A DNA stretch of 64,000 bases from Squalus acanthias (taxonomy: Eukaryota). The translations under genes and the position numbers were made by a program. Of this stretch, positions 13,166 through 25,208 are shown piece after piece. The stretch is taken from assembly GCA_030390025.1 (NCBI GenBank), contig CM059432.1:22198001-22262000 (forward strand), read 5' to 3'. The notes under the pieces are model-generated. The model searched no databases and was not told the origin of the DNA. It was given only the letters and a program-made list of their open reading frames with translations. The number at the start of each line of letters is the position of its first letter. The first letter of the stretch is position 1.

Positions 13166-13798
13166 ACCTCTGTGCAGTTCTTGTCAGTGTTTGCAGCACC
13201 TCAATGCTGCAGAACACTGAGAGTACAACTGTCAAAAACAATTTGCGCATGGTCCCTTTAAGGAAACCGGCTGATGACGCGTCATCAAATGACCTCATCA
13301 GGCCCGTTTCCTTCAATTGGCCGGGAAACGCACTGGGCGGGCTTAACAAGCCCAATCAACGTAAAGTACTTTTTACAGAGTGGGATGGAGCCAGCAGCGG
13401 GGTTGCACCCTGCCACCGACTCCGGCCGCCCTGGACCTGCCTTGGAAGGCAAAATAATCACCAATGTGTTTTAAGCTGTTGAAGCACCAATACTTTAATT
13501 ACTCTAAAAGCCTATTAATACTCTAATAAAAACTTCAAGTCAAATAAGCTATTCAAAAGTATCGTTATTGATCATTCCTCTTCTGGAAAATAACCTGTTC
13601 ACATTCTGTAAGTGAAACAGCACTGAGACTGGGCCGATGCATAACATTTTCAATATTAGCTCCGAGTCATTAACTCACTCGAAATGGTTCACTGGAAAAA
13701 GTATCACTTTTCTGGTAAAGAATGAGAGTTTTCTGATTCTGGGTATCAGGAATTTTAAATTATGAATTAATTAAAGAAGTTCAGGCCTGTCTTCCTTA

Positions 13799-13953
13799 GA
13801 ACATAGGAACATAGGAACAGGAGGAGGCCATTCAGCCCCTTGAGCCTCTTCCGCAATTCAAGAAGATCATGGCTGATCTACAACCTTACTCCATATACCC
13901 ACCTTTGGCCCATATTCCTTAATACCTTTGGTTAACAAAAAGCTATCAATCTC
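13799..13953 (-). mobile_element. CR1 3' terminus with (ttcctatg)n tail
   Basis: The reverse strand reads EIDSFLLTKGIKEYG, then the CR1 3'UTR hairpin and repeat tail. Confidence 0.85.
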
Positions 13954-15872
13954 CACGGGAAAAGTGATCCAACCATGGTTAACTAAAGAAGTTCAGGATA
14001 GCATTAGATTGAAAGAAGAAGCTTATAATGTTGCAAAGAATAATAGTAAGCCTGAGGATTGGGAGAGTTTCAGAAACCAGCAAAGGTTGACCAAAAAATT
14101 GATAAAAAGGGAAAAAATAGAATATGAGAGAAAACTAGCAACAAATATAAAAGCAGATTGTCAGAGTTTCTACAAGTATGCAAAAAGGAAAAGAGTAGCA
14201 AAAGTAAACATTGGTCCCTTAGAGGCTGAGACAGGAGAAATTATTGTGGGGAATAAGGAAATGGCAGAAACATTAAACAAATATTTTCTATCTGTCTTCA
14301 CAGTTGTAGACACAAAAAGCATACCAAAAATGGTGAGGAACCAAGGGTCTAATGAGGGTGAGGAACTTAACATAATTAATATAAGTAGAGAAAAAGTACT
14401 AGAGAAACTAATGGGACTAAAAGCCGACAAATCCCCTGGACCTGACGGCCTACATCCTAGGGTTCTAAAAGAGGTGGCTGAAGAGATAGTGGATGCATTG
14501 GTTTTGATCTTCCAAAATTCCCTAGATTCTGGAATGGTCCCAGCGGATTGGAAGGTCGCAAATGTAACACCGCTATTCAAGAAAGGAGGGAAAGAAAAAA
14601 CAGGGAACTACAGGCCAGTTAGCCTGACATCAGTCATTGGGAAAATGCTGGAATCCATTGTTAAGGAAGTGGTATCAAGTCACTTAGAAAATTATAACAT
14701 GATTAGGCAGAGTCAACATGCTTTTATGAAAGGGAAATCGTGTTTGACAAATTTATTAGAGTTTTTTGAGGATGTAACTAGCAGGGTAGATAAAGGGGAA
14801 CCAGTGGATGTAGTATATTTGGATTTCCAAAAGGCATTCGATAAGGTGCCACATAAAAGGTTATTACACAAGATTAGGGCTCATGGGGTTGGGGGTAATA
14901 TAGTAGCATGGATAGAGGATTGGTTAACGGACAGAAAACAGAGAGTAGGGATAAACGGATCTTTTCCAGGTTGGCAGGCTGTAACTAGTGGGGTGCTGCA
15001 AGGATCAGTGTTGGGGTCTCAGCTATTTACAATCTATTTGAATGACCTAGATGAAGGGACCGAGTGTAATGTATCCAGGTTTGCTGATGATACAAAGCTA
15101 GGCGGGACAGTAAGCTGTGAGGAGAACACAAAGAGTCTGCAAAGGGATATAGATAGACTAAGTGAGTGGGCAGTAAGGTGGCAGATGGAGTATAATGTAG
15201 GGAAATGTGAGGTTATTCACTTTGGTAGGAAGAATAGAAAAACAGAATATTTTTTAAATGGTGAGAAACTTTCAAATGTTGGTGTTCAGAGAGATTTGGG
15301 TGTCCTCGTGCAAGAAACACAGAAAGCTAGCATGCAGGTACAGTATGCAATAAGGAAGGCAAATAGCATGTTGGCCTTTATTGCAAGGGGGTTGTAGTAT
15401 AAGAGTAAGGAAGTCTTGCTACAATTGTACAGGGCCTTGGTGAGACCACACCTGGAGTACTGTGCACAGTTTTGGTCTCCTTATCTAAGGAAGGATATAC
15501 TTGCCTTGGAGGCGATGCAACAAAGGTTCACTAGATTGATTTCTGGGATGAGAGGGCTGGCCTATGAAGAGAGATTGCGTAGAATGGGCCTATACTCTCT
15601 GGAGTTTAGAAGAATGAGAGGTGATCTCATTGAAACATACAAGATTCTGAAGGGGATTGACAGGGTAGACGCTGAGAGGTTGTTTCCCCTGGCTGGAGTG
15701 TCTAGAACTAGGGGGCATAGTCTCAGGATAAGGGATAGGCCATTTCAGACTGAGATGAGGAGGAATTTCTTCACTCAGAGGGATGTGAATCTTTGGAATT
15801 CTCTGCCCCAGAGGGCTGTGAATGCTGAGTCTTTGAGTATATTCAAGGCTGAGATAGATAGATTTTTGGTCT
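13954..15872 (+). mobile_element. CR1 LINE ORF2 body (RT), one internal stop, truncated at both ends
   Basis: ORFs 13928-15397 and 15416-15907 contain KSPGPDG, NYRPVSLTS, YLDFQKAFDKV, QGSVLG, FADDTKL and RPHLEYCAQFWSP. Confidence 0.95.
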
Positions 15873-15873
15873 C

Positions 15874-16195
15874 TAGTGCCCTTTTTTCAGATGAACCGTT
15901 AAACTGAGGCTATGCCTGTTTGCTTGGCTGGACATAAAAGATCCTATGGCAATATTTGAAGAAGAAGGAGTTCTCCCAGTCTCTTGTCCAACATTCCGAC
16001 TTCATCCATTACCATCGGGTCAAACATTTATTTGCTGCTTGTGGGACATTGTTGTGTGCAAATTGGCTGCCATGTTTGCCTGCATTAGAATAGCAATACC
16101 ACTTCAGAAGTCATCAGGTAGGATAGGATAGGAAAGCATTTTGGGATGTCCTGAGAACATGATAAGCCAATATATGACCATAGGTTCTTTCTTAC
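15874..16195 (+). mobile_element. Degenerate Deu-domain SINE (5'-truncated)
   Basis: Similar to 48303-48763 (gtgcc..tttcagatga..gttaaactgagg; aaattggctgccatgtt). Confidence 0.7.
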
Positions 16196-18502
16196 CCTCA
16201 GCAAGAGTCAACAGCTTCGGGGACGAAGGGTAGAAAATTGACAGAAGGACTTGCTGCCACTGAGCTGAGGCGAGCCATCAGACCCTTTGTCAGCAGGAGT
16301 GTCCAACCTAATAGGAATCAGTTACAGTAAAAAAAAGACAACTTAATTGAATTTTGAATGAACTATCCATATTGGGAATAAACCACAGGATTGTTAGACT
16401 CATAAAAGAATTAATATTAACGTTCCATGATAAGACCAAGTTCAAATAAAGTACAGCTGAATATCATTACCAAACTGGCATATGACTAATCTAATCTCAA
16501 GAGAGGCTGCAGCGATAGGTGAGAGCTCACTAATGAGACTGTAAACTGCTGTGCAACTCATTCCTTGTAGTGTGGAACTGCTGAAAAATAGCTGTATTTC
16601 TCATTAATCATTCTTGTTACTGAGCATCGGTAATAAGGGTTGCCCTCCATTCAGTTGTTCATTGAAGTGACACAGTCAGTAATTAATGAAGCCTTAATGA
16701 AAAGTCTGACAAAAAACATACGCAGTTGTCATTGTAGTTAAAAGTGGTTAAAGATGCCCATTTTTAGCTTTGATTGTTTGCAAAGCATGTCTTTTTTTCC
16801 CCACTCCATACGCATACGTACTTACTTCGGCCTACTCTCCAGTAACTAATTGAATGTGCTATAGGTTTCTGTATGGTTCAGTGTAATCTAATATATACTG
16901 ATCTTTCACTCCAATGTTCTCTCCTCCTCTCCTGAAGACGCCAACTTTTGCTCAATAAGGTCCCGCAACTAATGGTTCCGCCTCAAAGTACCCATTCTTG
17001 AGGGGTATACCCAGACGGTGAGTGTTGGCAAAGTATACAAATGCAGGGGCGGGGGGTGGGGGAGGGCGGGGGGGCGAGGGGAGCCTGAGGTGACATTGCA
17101 CTCTTGCAGACTGTCAAGCAGGAGTCACCGCAGAAAGAACCCTGGCTCCTTTTCTCTTGCCTTGCCCAGGCATGCTATTGATACCTTTGGTGTAGATACG
17201 GGGGGATCAAACTTGGGATTTGGTGCTCTTCCAAATAGCTCAGTTGATAAAGCTAGTGCACTGTTGGGCTCGGGGGTGGGTAGGGGGCCTGGCAGGCTCC
17301 CCCACCATGAGCAGCCAGCGGGAATGGGGCAGACGGGCACCAACGATAATTCTCAAGTGGTGCTTGCACTTATCTGCCCCATGCAAATGAGGTGCCCTTC
17401 CATTAACTCTGCAAACTCTGTTGGAGGTCAGTATTGGAGTGAACGGCAGGCACAATCTTGCTGGGATTGCCGCTTGTGGAATTTCAGGGCCTTTTCCCTT
17501 GCACCAAGATCTAGACCTAATCCCAAACTCCAGGGTCATTTCCATGGCACTATGCCTGCAAGGGCTCTTTAGTGACACCTGCCCTCCGGGATCAATTATC
17601 TTTGTAAGGGTACGATTTGGCACTTTTCAGGAGTCACGCCTGCTATCAGTTGGCAAAAATTCCCCTGAGGTATTTTAAGAGCATAAAGAGTGTAATCCCC
17701 CTCGATACAGGATACGGGTTCAAGGTCAGCCCACGTCACCCACTCTCCCACCAGAAAATGGCTGAACCAAAAAGGGTGGAATCTGGCAGAATTGGTTGTG
17801 CACCATTTTGTGAGCCCTAATCCAGAGATTTGCTGGGTTTCCATTCTGGCCCCGACCAGAATTTCTGGGCTTTTAGCAAAAGAACAAAAATAACAGAGAG
17901 CCTGCTGTTGAATGTGGTTCTGACTGTTGTCATTGAACAAGCTGTGTTTTTTAATTTGTTCTTAGGACATAGGCAAGTCCGCATTTATTGCACATCCCTA
18001 TTTGCCCTAAGAAGGTAGTGGTGGGACTTCTTGAAGCAGTAATTTTTTTTACAACTGTGTAACTTGCTACCACACTGAGGGGTTTGCTCTTATATTGGTT
18101 CACCTCCCTGTTGGCTACAGAATAAGCAAGCTCCTTTTAAGTTACAGAAAAACATTACACGAGGTATAAAAAAAGTTTCCATCACGTGTGTGGTAATCTA
18201 ATGGAGCACCCGCCCTTTATAGAACCCACCCAATTTTTATTCCATTGAAATCAATGAAATTAAGATTGGGAGGCTTCTACAAAGGGTGGGTGATCTGCTC
18301 TGCCAGAGGACTACCAGGTGGTGACGGTGAAAATGTACCCCACCGTAACTTAGTTGATTAGAAATATTTTGAACAGTGCAACGTAACTGTGCAAAAATGT
18401 TTTTGTTTCTTCATCCTGTGAATTCTTTATGGGTCATCAAGATTAATTCAGAGCCAGAATAACGTAACAGTGCAAATGAGGCAACAGTGGTAAAATGCAT
18501 AA

Positions 18503-18646
18503 GGCTGGGAAATGCCTCGGAGCTTCTCCTGATTTATCGCCGTAGCTTCACCGGAAGTGCGGCAGAATCCCAGTTTACACACACAAATGGGATTTCTGAA
18601 GAGGTTATGGCGGCGGAGCAGGAGCAACTCCGAGGAATTCCCGGCC
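18503..18646. mobile_element. Tourist-like (Harbinger) palindromic MITE, 144 bp
   Basis: TIRs ggctgggaaatgcctcggag / ctccgaggaattcccggcc with TSD TAA at 18500-18502 and 18647-18649. Confidence 0.85.
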
Positions 18647-18749
18647 TAAGATTCAACCCAGTGTAAAGACATCTATATCAGTCTATCTAGCACATATTTA
18701 TCAGTACAGAGCTGGAAAGGTTACTGAGTAGCTCAACATAATCTATCTC

Positions 18750-19100
18750 CAGCACATTGACATGCCTTCCCTGCTGCCTGGAGGTGCGGAATCTTGGTCT
18801 ACTGCTTGACCTTGAGCTGAGATTTCTCCCCATTTTCCATTCTATTAACTGCTTTTTTTCAGGCATTTGGTTACTTCTTATTGCCACAATCAGCGGCTTC
18901 TGTTTAAGCCATTATATCTCTGCCCTCTGCAAGTTCTTGTATAGATCTCTTCAAAAGCTTCCTCTCACCCACTTGTTTGGTTTTCCCTTCTTTCCTTTTT
19001 GCTTGATCAATCACTGTCTTTCCTTTACCTTGTAAAGTGCTTTGAGGATTCACTCTGTACATGAAGAGTGCTATGGAAACGTCAGCTGTTGTTCTAAGCA
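18750..19100 (+). mobile_element. Degenerate L2 LINE fragment with 3' tail
   Basis: An EVRNLGLLLDLELRF motif and the tail tgtaaagtgctttgag...gtgctat..aa..gttgtt. Confidence 0.55.
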
Positions 19101-19225
19101 AGAGATATTTAGAGTCAAAGCCTGTCCAGCTTTGTACTGGCTAGTCCGGTTTCAAATGGGATGTCTGGAAATTTCTGAAATGTAAACTGGAAAACCAAAC
19201 TCTGGTTTTAAAATACATTATTGGT

Positions 19226-20595
19226 GTCAGCTTAGCTCATTTGTTACTACTTTTTTCCTCTGAGACTGAAGGTTAAGGTTCAAGCCCCACTCCAGGACTT
19301 CAGCACTTAATCTGAGGTGACATTTCAATACAGTACTGAGGGAGTGCTACATTGTTGGAGGTGAGATGTTAAACTGAGGCCCTTACTGTCGGTTCAGATA
19401 AATGTTAATGATTCCCATAATACTATTCAAAGAAGAATAAGGAGTTGTAGAGGGCATGATTAAGAAGTTTGCAGATGATACAAAAATTAGCCGTGTGGTT
19501 AATAGTGAGGAAGATAGCAGTAGACTGCAGGAAGATATCAATTGACTGGTCAGGTGGGCAGAATAGTGGCAAATGGAAATCAATCTGGAGAAGCGTGAGG
19601 TAATGCATTTGGGGAGGGCTTACAAGGCAAAGAACTACACAATAAAAGGTAGGATACTGAGAAGTGCAGAGGAACAGAGGGACCTTGGGGTGCATGCCCA
19701 CAGATCCCTGAAGGTAGCAGGTCAAGTAGACAAGGTGGTTAAGAAGACATATGGGATACATTCTTTTATTAGCCGAGGTACAGAATATAAGAGCAGAGAG
19801 GTTATGCTAGAACTGTATTAAACTCTAGTTAGGCCACAGCTAGAGTACTGCGTACAATTCTGGTCACCACTACAGGAAAGACATGAAAGCACTAGAGAGG
19901 GTACAGAGGAGATTTACGAGGATGTTGCCAGGACTGGAGAATTTTAGCAATGAGGAAAGATTGGATAGCCTGGGGTCGTTTTCTTTGCAAAAGAGGAGGC
20001 TGAGGGGAGAATTAATTGAAGTGTATAAAATTATGAGGGATCTAGATTAAAGTGGATAGGAAGGACCTAGTTCCCTTAGCAGATAGGTCAATAACCACGG
20101 GGCATAGATTTAAAGTAATTGGTAGTAGGATTAGCGAGGAATTGAGGAGAAATTTTTTCACCCAGAGAGTGGTGGGGGTCTGGAACTCACTGCCTGAAAG
20201 GGTGGTTGAGGCAGAGACCCTCATCACATTTAAAAAGTACTTGGATATGCACTTGAAGTATCGTAACCTGCAAGGCTACGGACCAAGAGCTGGAAAGTGG
20301 CATTAGGCTCTTTTTTGACCCGCACAGACACGATGAGCCAAATGGCCTCCTTCTGTGCTGTAAATTTCCATGGTTGTATGATTCTAACATTGTTTCTTCA
20401 ACACACACCAAAGATAAATTATCCGGTCATTCAACTCATTGCTGTTTGTGAGATCTTGCTATTTGCAAAGTGTTGCTACATTTACCTACATAACAATGGT
20501 GACTGCAACTCAAACTAATTCATTGCATGTGGAATGTTTTGGGATGTCCTGAGAGATGTGAAAAGGTACTACGTAAACACAAGTTCCTTTTTTCT
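19226..20595 (+). mobile_element. Deu-domain tRNA-derived SINE split by a CR1 insertion
   Basis: The head 19226-19450 (A/B-box-like; cagtactgagggagtgct) and tail 20390-20595 match the two halves of 48303-48763. Confidence 0.7.
19450..20385 (+). mobile_element. CR1 LINE 3' fragment
   Basis: Motifs IKKFADDTKI, EQRDLGV, VRPQLEYCVQFWSP and FFTQRVVGVWNSLP, followed by the 3'UTR hairpin and tail. Confidence 0.9.
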
Positions 20596-22199
20596 ATCAT
20601 TACCATTTTTCGCCTGTGATGAGATGGTGTTAGTAGCTTTTCCAATGAACAAAGCAAACATTAGCACTCAAGAGATGATTTCCACTCCCTTTCCTCTGCC
20701 CGATTTTGGACATAGCAGAAGGTAAATACATGAGCAGCCATTGACACAACCGTCAATCTTACTCTCCAATCAGCTCTTTTGGGGAAAAACTATATCAAGC
20801 TGTTTGTGTCAATCTAACCAGAGGAACAGATTGCTAAAATTAAAACCATCTACCTTGAATAATTTATAGCCTACAAACATCCTGTTAATTTCTATCCTAC
20901 TGCACTAGATACAGCTGGAAGAAGGTTCATACAAGACTAAGATTTAATTCCCCTTCTCCTATCCCCAAAGGCTATATGAGTATCGTACTAGAAAATACCT
21001 CATAGTAAGCAAGTTTTTGAAGTGTTAATCACTTAAAGAGAGAAGTGTTTTCAATGTAAATCACCCATCCATTTTATTAAAGTAAAGCAGTATGTATTTA
21101 TTCTCCAAATGTAAGAAGCTAACAGCAGGGGGGAAGATTCCCTCTGATCACTATGTATTGGTGACATCATAAATGTAGTGGAGGATTTCTGCAATTCAAT
21201 AATGCTTGTGAAATTCAAACGTTCTTTTAGAACACTTCTATAATTTCGCTAGAGATAGTGAAAACAGGAAATGTTGCTGCCATGGTTACGATGCCACTAA
21301 TACATAGCGAGGAGAGGATATCTTCTTCCATGTCAGCACTTGCCACCAGCTTTGTCAAGACTCACCATTATGAGCTCTGAGTCAGAATGAGCTGCCGTCA
21401 CTCTGGGAGAAAGATTTAGAAACCTTTTGGGTCTGGATGCTGCTCTTAGTGGTCTAAAGTGACTACTCACTCAGTTCAGGCCAGAAACTGGGATTTCCCC
21501 TACGGTGGAACACTGGGATCAACAATCAACATGGATGCCAGTTTTTCCAGATATAAAACCAACCAGTTAAAGGTAATTTATATATAACTTTAATTGGGAA
21601 AAATAATGATTAATACTTCTGTAACCCCGACATGCAGTTTAACTTCTGCTAAGAATGTACTTAGATGAAAACTAATGGACCTTATTTTCCATATTCCAAT
21701 ACTATTGGACCATTACTGACCAGTTCTATCTTGTAATTATATTAACCGTTTCTACTTGGCTGAGTAGACCAGGGTTACGCAGCAATTTTTCCATTGAGAG
21801 TGACAAAGTAAATATCTATCACCCTCTCCCTCTGTGAGTCTCTGTTATGCCTGGCGGGACTTCAGTAACATCTCAGAGGTTTCTGACCCAGAGACACCTG
21901 GAGCAGCGCATCTGCTGAGTGCTACAGCTGACAAGAAGGTGCTTTGCATATGCTGAGGTAGAAGAAAGTTGAACATAGTGCACAAGTATTTATGGTGTAT
22001 TTGTGAGTAAGATAAAAATGGTTTAAATACCAAGATTTGCAACAACGCAATACTCAATGTGAAATGAACCCAGAATAGCAAGTCTCGAGAAAGCTCATGG
22101 CACGTGATAAAGAATTTCTCCAGTTGCTGTCTATTAATGACATTACAAACAAAGCAGGAAGATTTTACATTTCCTGCCTTCTTCCTTAAGTCTTAGTTA

Positions 22200-22500
22200 A
22201 CTAAGCCATTCCCACATTCTTTTGTTTCTTCCTACCTTATTATTGCCTGATTGGATCGATGTTTCATGTCACTGACAATCTCCTGTCTTTTTTTGAGGAG
22301 GTTGTAGGTCATTCAGCCCATTAACCTCCTCTCTGTATTTTTATCTTTATTCTCCTCTTCCCCTTTTTTTCTGTCTATAATTAAGTTTCTTTATCCCTCG
22401 TCTTGCAATTCTGAAGAAGGATTTAATCTGCAACATCGACCTATCTTTCCTTGCTACATATGCTGACTGACATGCTTTGTATTTCCAGCATTTACTGGGG
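22200..22500 (+). mobile_element. Old Penelope pseudo-LTR remnant with decayed hammerhead
   Basis: ttctgaagaagg..atctgcaacatcgac...atgctgactgacatgct..gtatttccagcattt parallels 11790-11880. Confidence 0.5.
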
Positions 22501-22882
22501 CACATAGTCCTGCTTCTGCACCTGGGGCCCAGGCACAATGAATACAGGAAAATTGGGCAGGGAGAAATGCCTGCCCCTAATGGAGACTGCCGATTTTCTT
22601 ACAGCACCCCACTCCACCAGATTTTCCTGTGTTTGTTATGATTAGACGATCCAATAAGCCCAGGCTCAGGAAGAGGAAGATGGCAGGGCATAAACTGTCT
22701 TACCTCTGGCCTGATGGTTCTACTCACATCATTGAAAAGAATTCATTTACACTTCTCTGCACCTCCAGTGCCCTTCAGCAAGTGGTTCAAACCTGTTCTA
22801 GGCACACTAACTTCACTAAAGGTCTTTGATGCACCGGAGAGAGTTCAGAGAAGAGGGAAGAAGGACGGTTTCAAGACTTGCA

Positions 22883-23055
22883 CCTGGAATTTCCACGGTG
22901 GTTCTCCTGATCTCCCACTGTAGCTCCAGCAGGAGATCAGTGGAAACCCAGGAGAAATGACATACACAGCCATTTGCGCCATTTCTCTGGAGTTTCTACC
23001 GATCTCCTGCCGGAGCTACAGTGGGAGATTGGCAGATCCCGTCCAGAAATGCTAC
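22883..23055. mobile_element. Palindromic MITE
   Basis: Long inverted arms atctcccactgtagctccagcaggagatc / gatctcctgccggagctacagtgggagat. Confidence 0.7.
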
Positions 23056-23139
23056 TCCATAAACTAAGTTCCAAAGTGGAAATCATAAAGGGATAGTTTT
23101 TGCAAAATCACAATGCAGGGTGTGAAACCTCGACTATTG

Positions 23140-23555
23140 GGAGAATAGAATATTTGAGTGCATATTCCCTAACATTCGATATATCAATGGACAGAAAATT
23201 ACAGGGAGTACATACCTGGTACTCTATTCCTCTATTAATAAAGCCATGCGTCCCATATATATGTATTTTTAAACAGGCTTCTCTTGCCACCTTCAAAGAT
23301 TTGTGTACATACACACCGAGTCTCTCTCTTCCTGCACCCCTTTAAAATTGTACCATTTTGTTTATATTGGCTCTCCTCATTCTTCCTACCAAAATGTATC
23401 ACTTCACTTCTCTGCACTAAATCTGATCTCCCATGTGTCTGCCCATTTCACCAATTTGTCTATGCACTCGTGAAGTCTGTTACTATTCTCCTCATTGTTT
23501 ACTACTTTTGTGTGATTTGAAAACGTTGAAATTATGCCCTTCATACCCAAGTCCA
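23140..23555 (-). mobile_element. Degenerate CR1 RT fragment
   Basis: Motifs EVIHFGRKN, KLVKWADTW and GFINRGIEY on the minus strand. Confidence 0.75.
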
Positions 23556-24984
23556 GAGCATAATCAAAATATAAGATGGGAGTCAAAAATTAACAAATCT
23601 CATGCCAGACTAGAAATTAAAGGAAATTATTCCCCTCCTCCCCCCAGAGAGCAGTGGATTTGGAGAAAAACTCCTGTCAAAAGCAGTTAACACAGTGCCG
23701 GTTAACTCCTTCAAAAGTAAACACCTGGTGAAGAGCTCCCGCTAGTTGGAGTAGATGGCCACGATTTTGCCAGCGCTCAGAGGGCGGGTTTGGAGGCGGG
23801 TCAGAGATTAAAGTAGTTTTGATTGACGGCAGGTACCGCACCTGCCGTCAACCCACCTCCACACAACCTTCCCAAGTGTTGGATCCCCGATTTGCGAATG
23901 GACCCGACACCTGGCGGCGGGAAAAGGATTAAAGGCAATTAACTGCCTATTACCAGCTACTTGTCAGCAGTTTTCAGGGTCTTTTTCGATTTTCCAGCTT
24001 CTGGGTCGGGTTTCACGACATCCGGACAAAACGCCAGGTAAGTTTGGCGTGTTGTGAGTCTGGTCTGATGTTTCTGAAAAGATGACAGCTGCAGAAGTGG
24101 TGTCAAGAATGCCATGTTGCACATGGTGAGTTTCAAAGCAAAGAAAATGTTGGTTACTGCATTTATAATACATATACAGATTTCTTTAGCTTACAAGTTT
24201 TTAAATCCAACTGTATGTCCAGTGCCACCTCATTGGGAGAACCTCTCCCACCATTGACAGATTGCTTCTGTCATCTCACCTGCAGCTGCCATCTGTTCCA
24301 GCAACATCGGAGCCAATGAAACAATAAGACCTTGGTCCTCTGAATCCTTCCACAATCATCCCCAACATCACCAATCTCATCACCAACCTTCGCCGCCATC
24401 ACCTGATGGTGCCCTGGACACAGGGCATCAGCTATTGACAAAATTGCTGGCTGGGAGGCCAACAATGGCATCACCATGGCCAGACTTTCTTCACTTGATC
24501 CTGTTAACCCTGGCTGCCACATGATGTGCCAGGTTGACACCATCCCACACCAGCACCGTGAAGCATCCCTTTAATGTCCAAGCCATTCCATGCACACTCA
24601 TCACTATAGCGGGGGGGGGAGTTATGACTGAACAATCATTGGAACTCAGTAAGACACTTCTCAATGTGCGCTCAGATCTGTCCAATAAGGGGCACTTTTT
24701 GAAAAAGAGATTTCACTGTATGACAACACATTACTAGAAACTTCACATGGACATTGGCTAAACCTCTCAAGTGCCCACCCTTGTGTGTTGTTAGTTGGTA
24801 TGCTTGCAGTAGAATGAGGGTGAGTGTGAGGGGTGGCTAGTGAGAGGGGGAAGTGATAAAGTAGATGGAGAGGGTTGGGTGGAGGTGCAAGGTAAGTTGG
24901 TGTCCTGGGGAGGTCTCTTCTGCCCTTGGAAGGGAAGAGAAACTCCCTGCATACTGTGACTCCCTCCATAAGCATTTGGAGGGA

Positions 24985-25208
24985 CAAAAATGAGAAGTCG
25001 CACAACACCAGGTTATAGTCCAACAGTTTTATTTAAAATTACGAGCTTTCGGAGCTCCGCTCCTTCTTCAGGTACACTGTACCTGTACCTAAAGAAGGAG
25101 CGGAGCTCCAAAAGCTCGTAATTTTAAATAAAACTGTTGGACTATAACCTGGTGTTGTGCGACTTCTCATTTTTGTCCACCCCAGTCCAACACCGGCATC
25201 TCCGCATA
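24985..25208 (+). mobile_element. Fold-back Penelope-type pLTR retroposon with two inverted hammerhead motifs
   Basis: ~95-bp inverted arms plus a 30-bp tail, with an 8-bp TSD tggaggga (24977-24984, 25209-25216). It interrupts the Harbinger Myb remnant. Confidence 0.88.
25040..25074 (-). ncRNA. Minimal hammerhead ribozyme (intact core)
   Basis: The minus strand reads tac-CTGAAGA-a-ggagc/gga/gctcc-GAAA-gc-TC-gta. Confidence 0.8.

Larger units (their letters stand above)
8109..13462. mobile_element. Internally deleted PIF/Harbinger DNA transposon hosting a Penelope insertion
   Basis: Degenerate TIRs (ggcctgaatttt / aaaataatcacc) and agt/aat flanks. It is collinear with the 23757-25542 element once the Penelope is removed, and has a Myb/SANT remnant on the minus strand. 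Confidence 0.75.
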
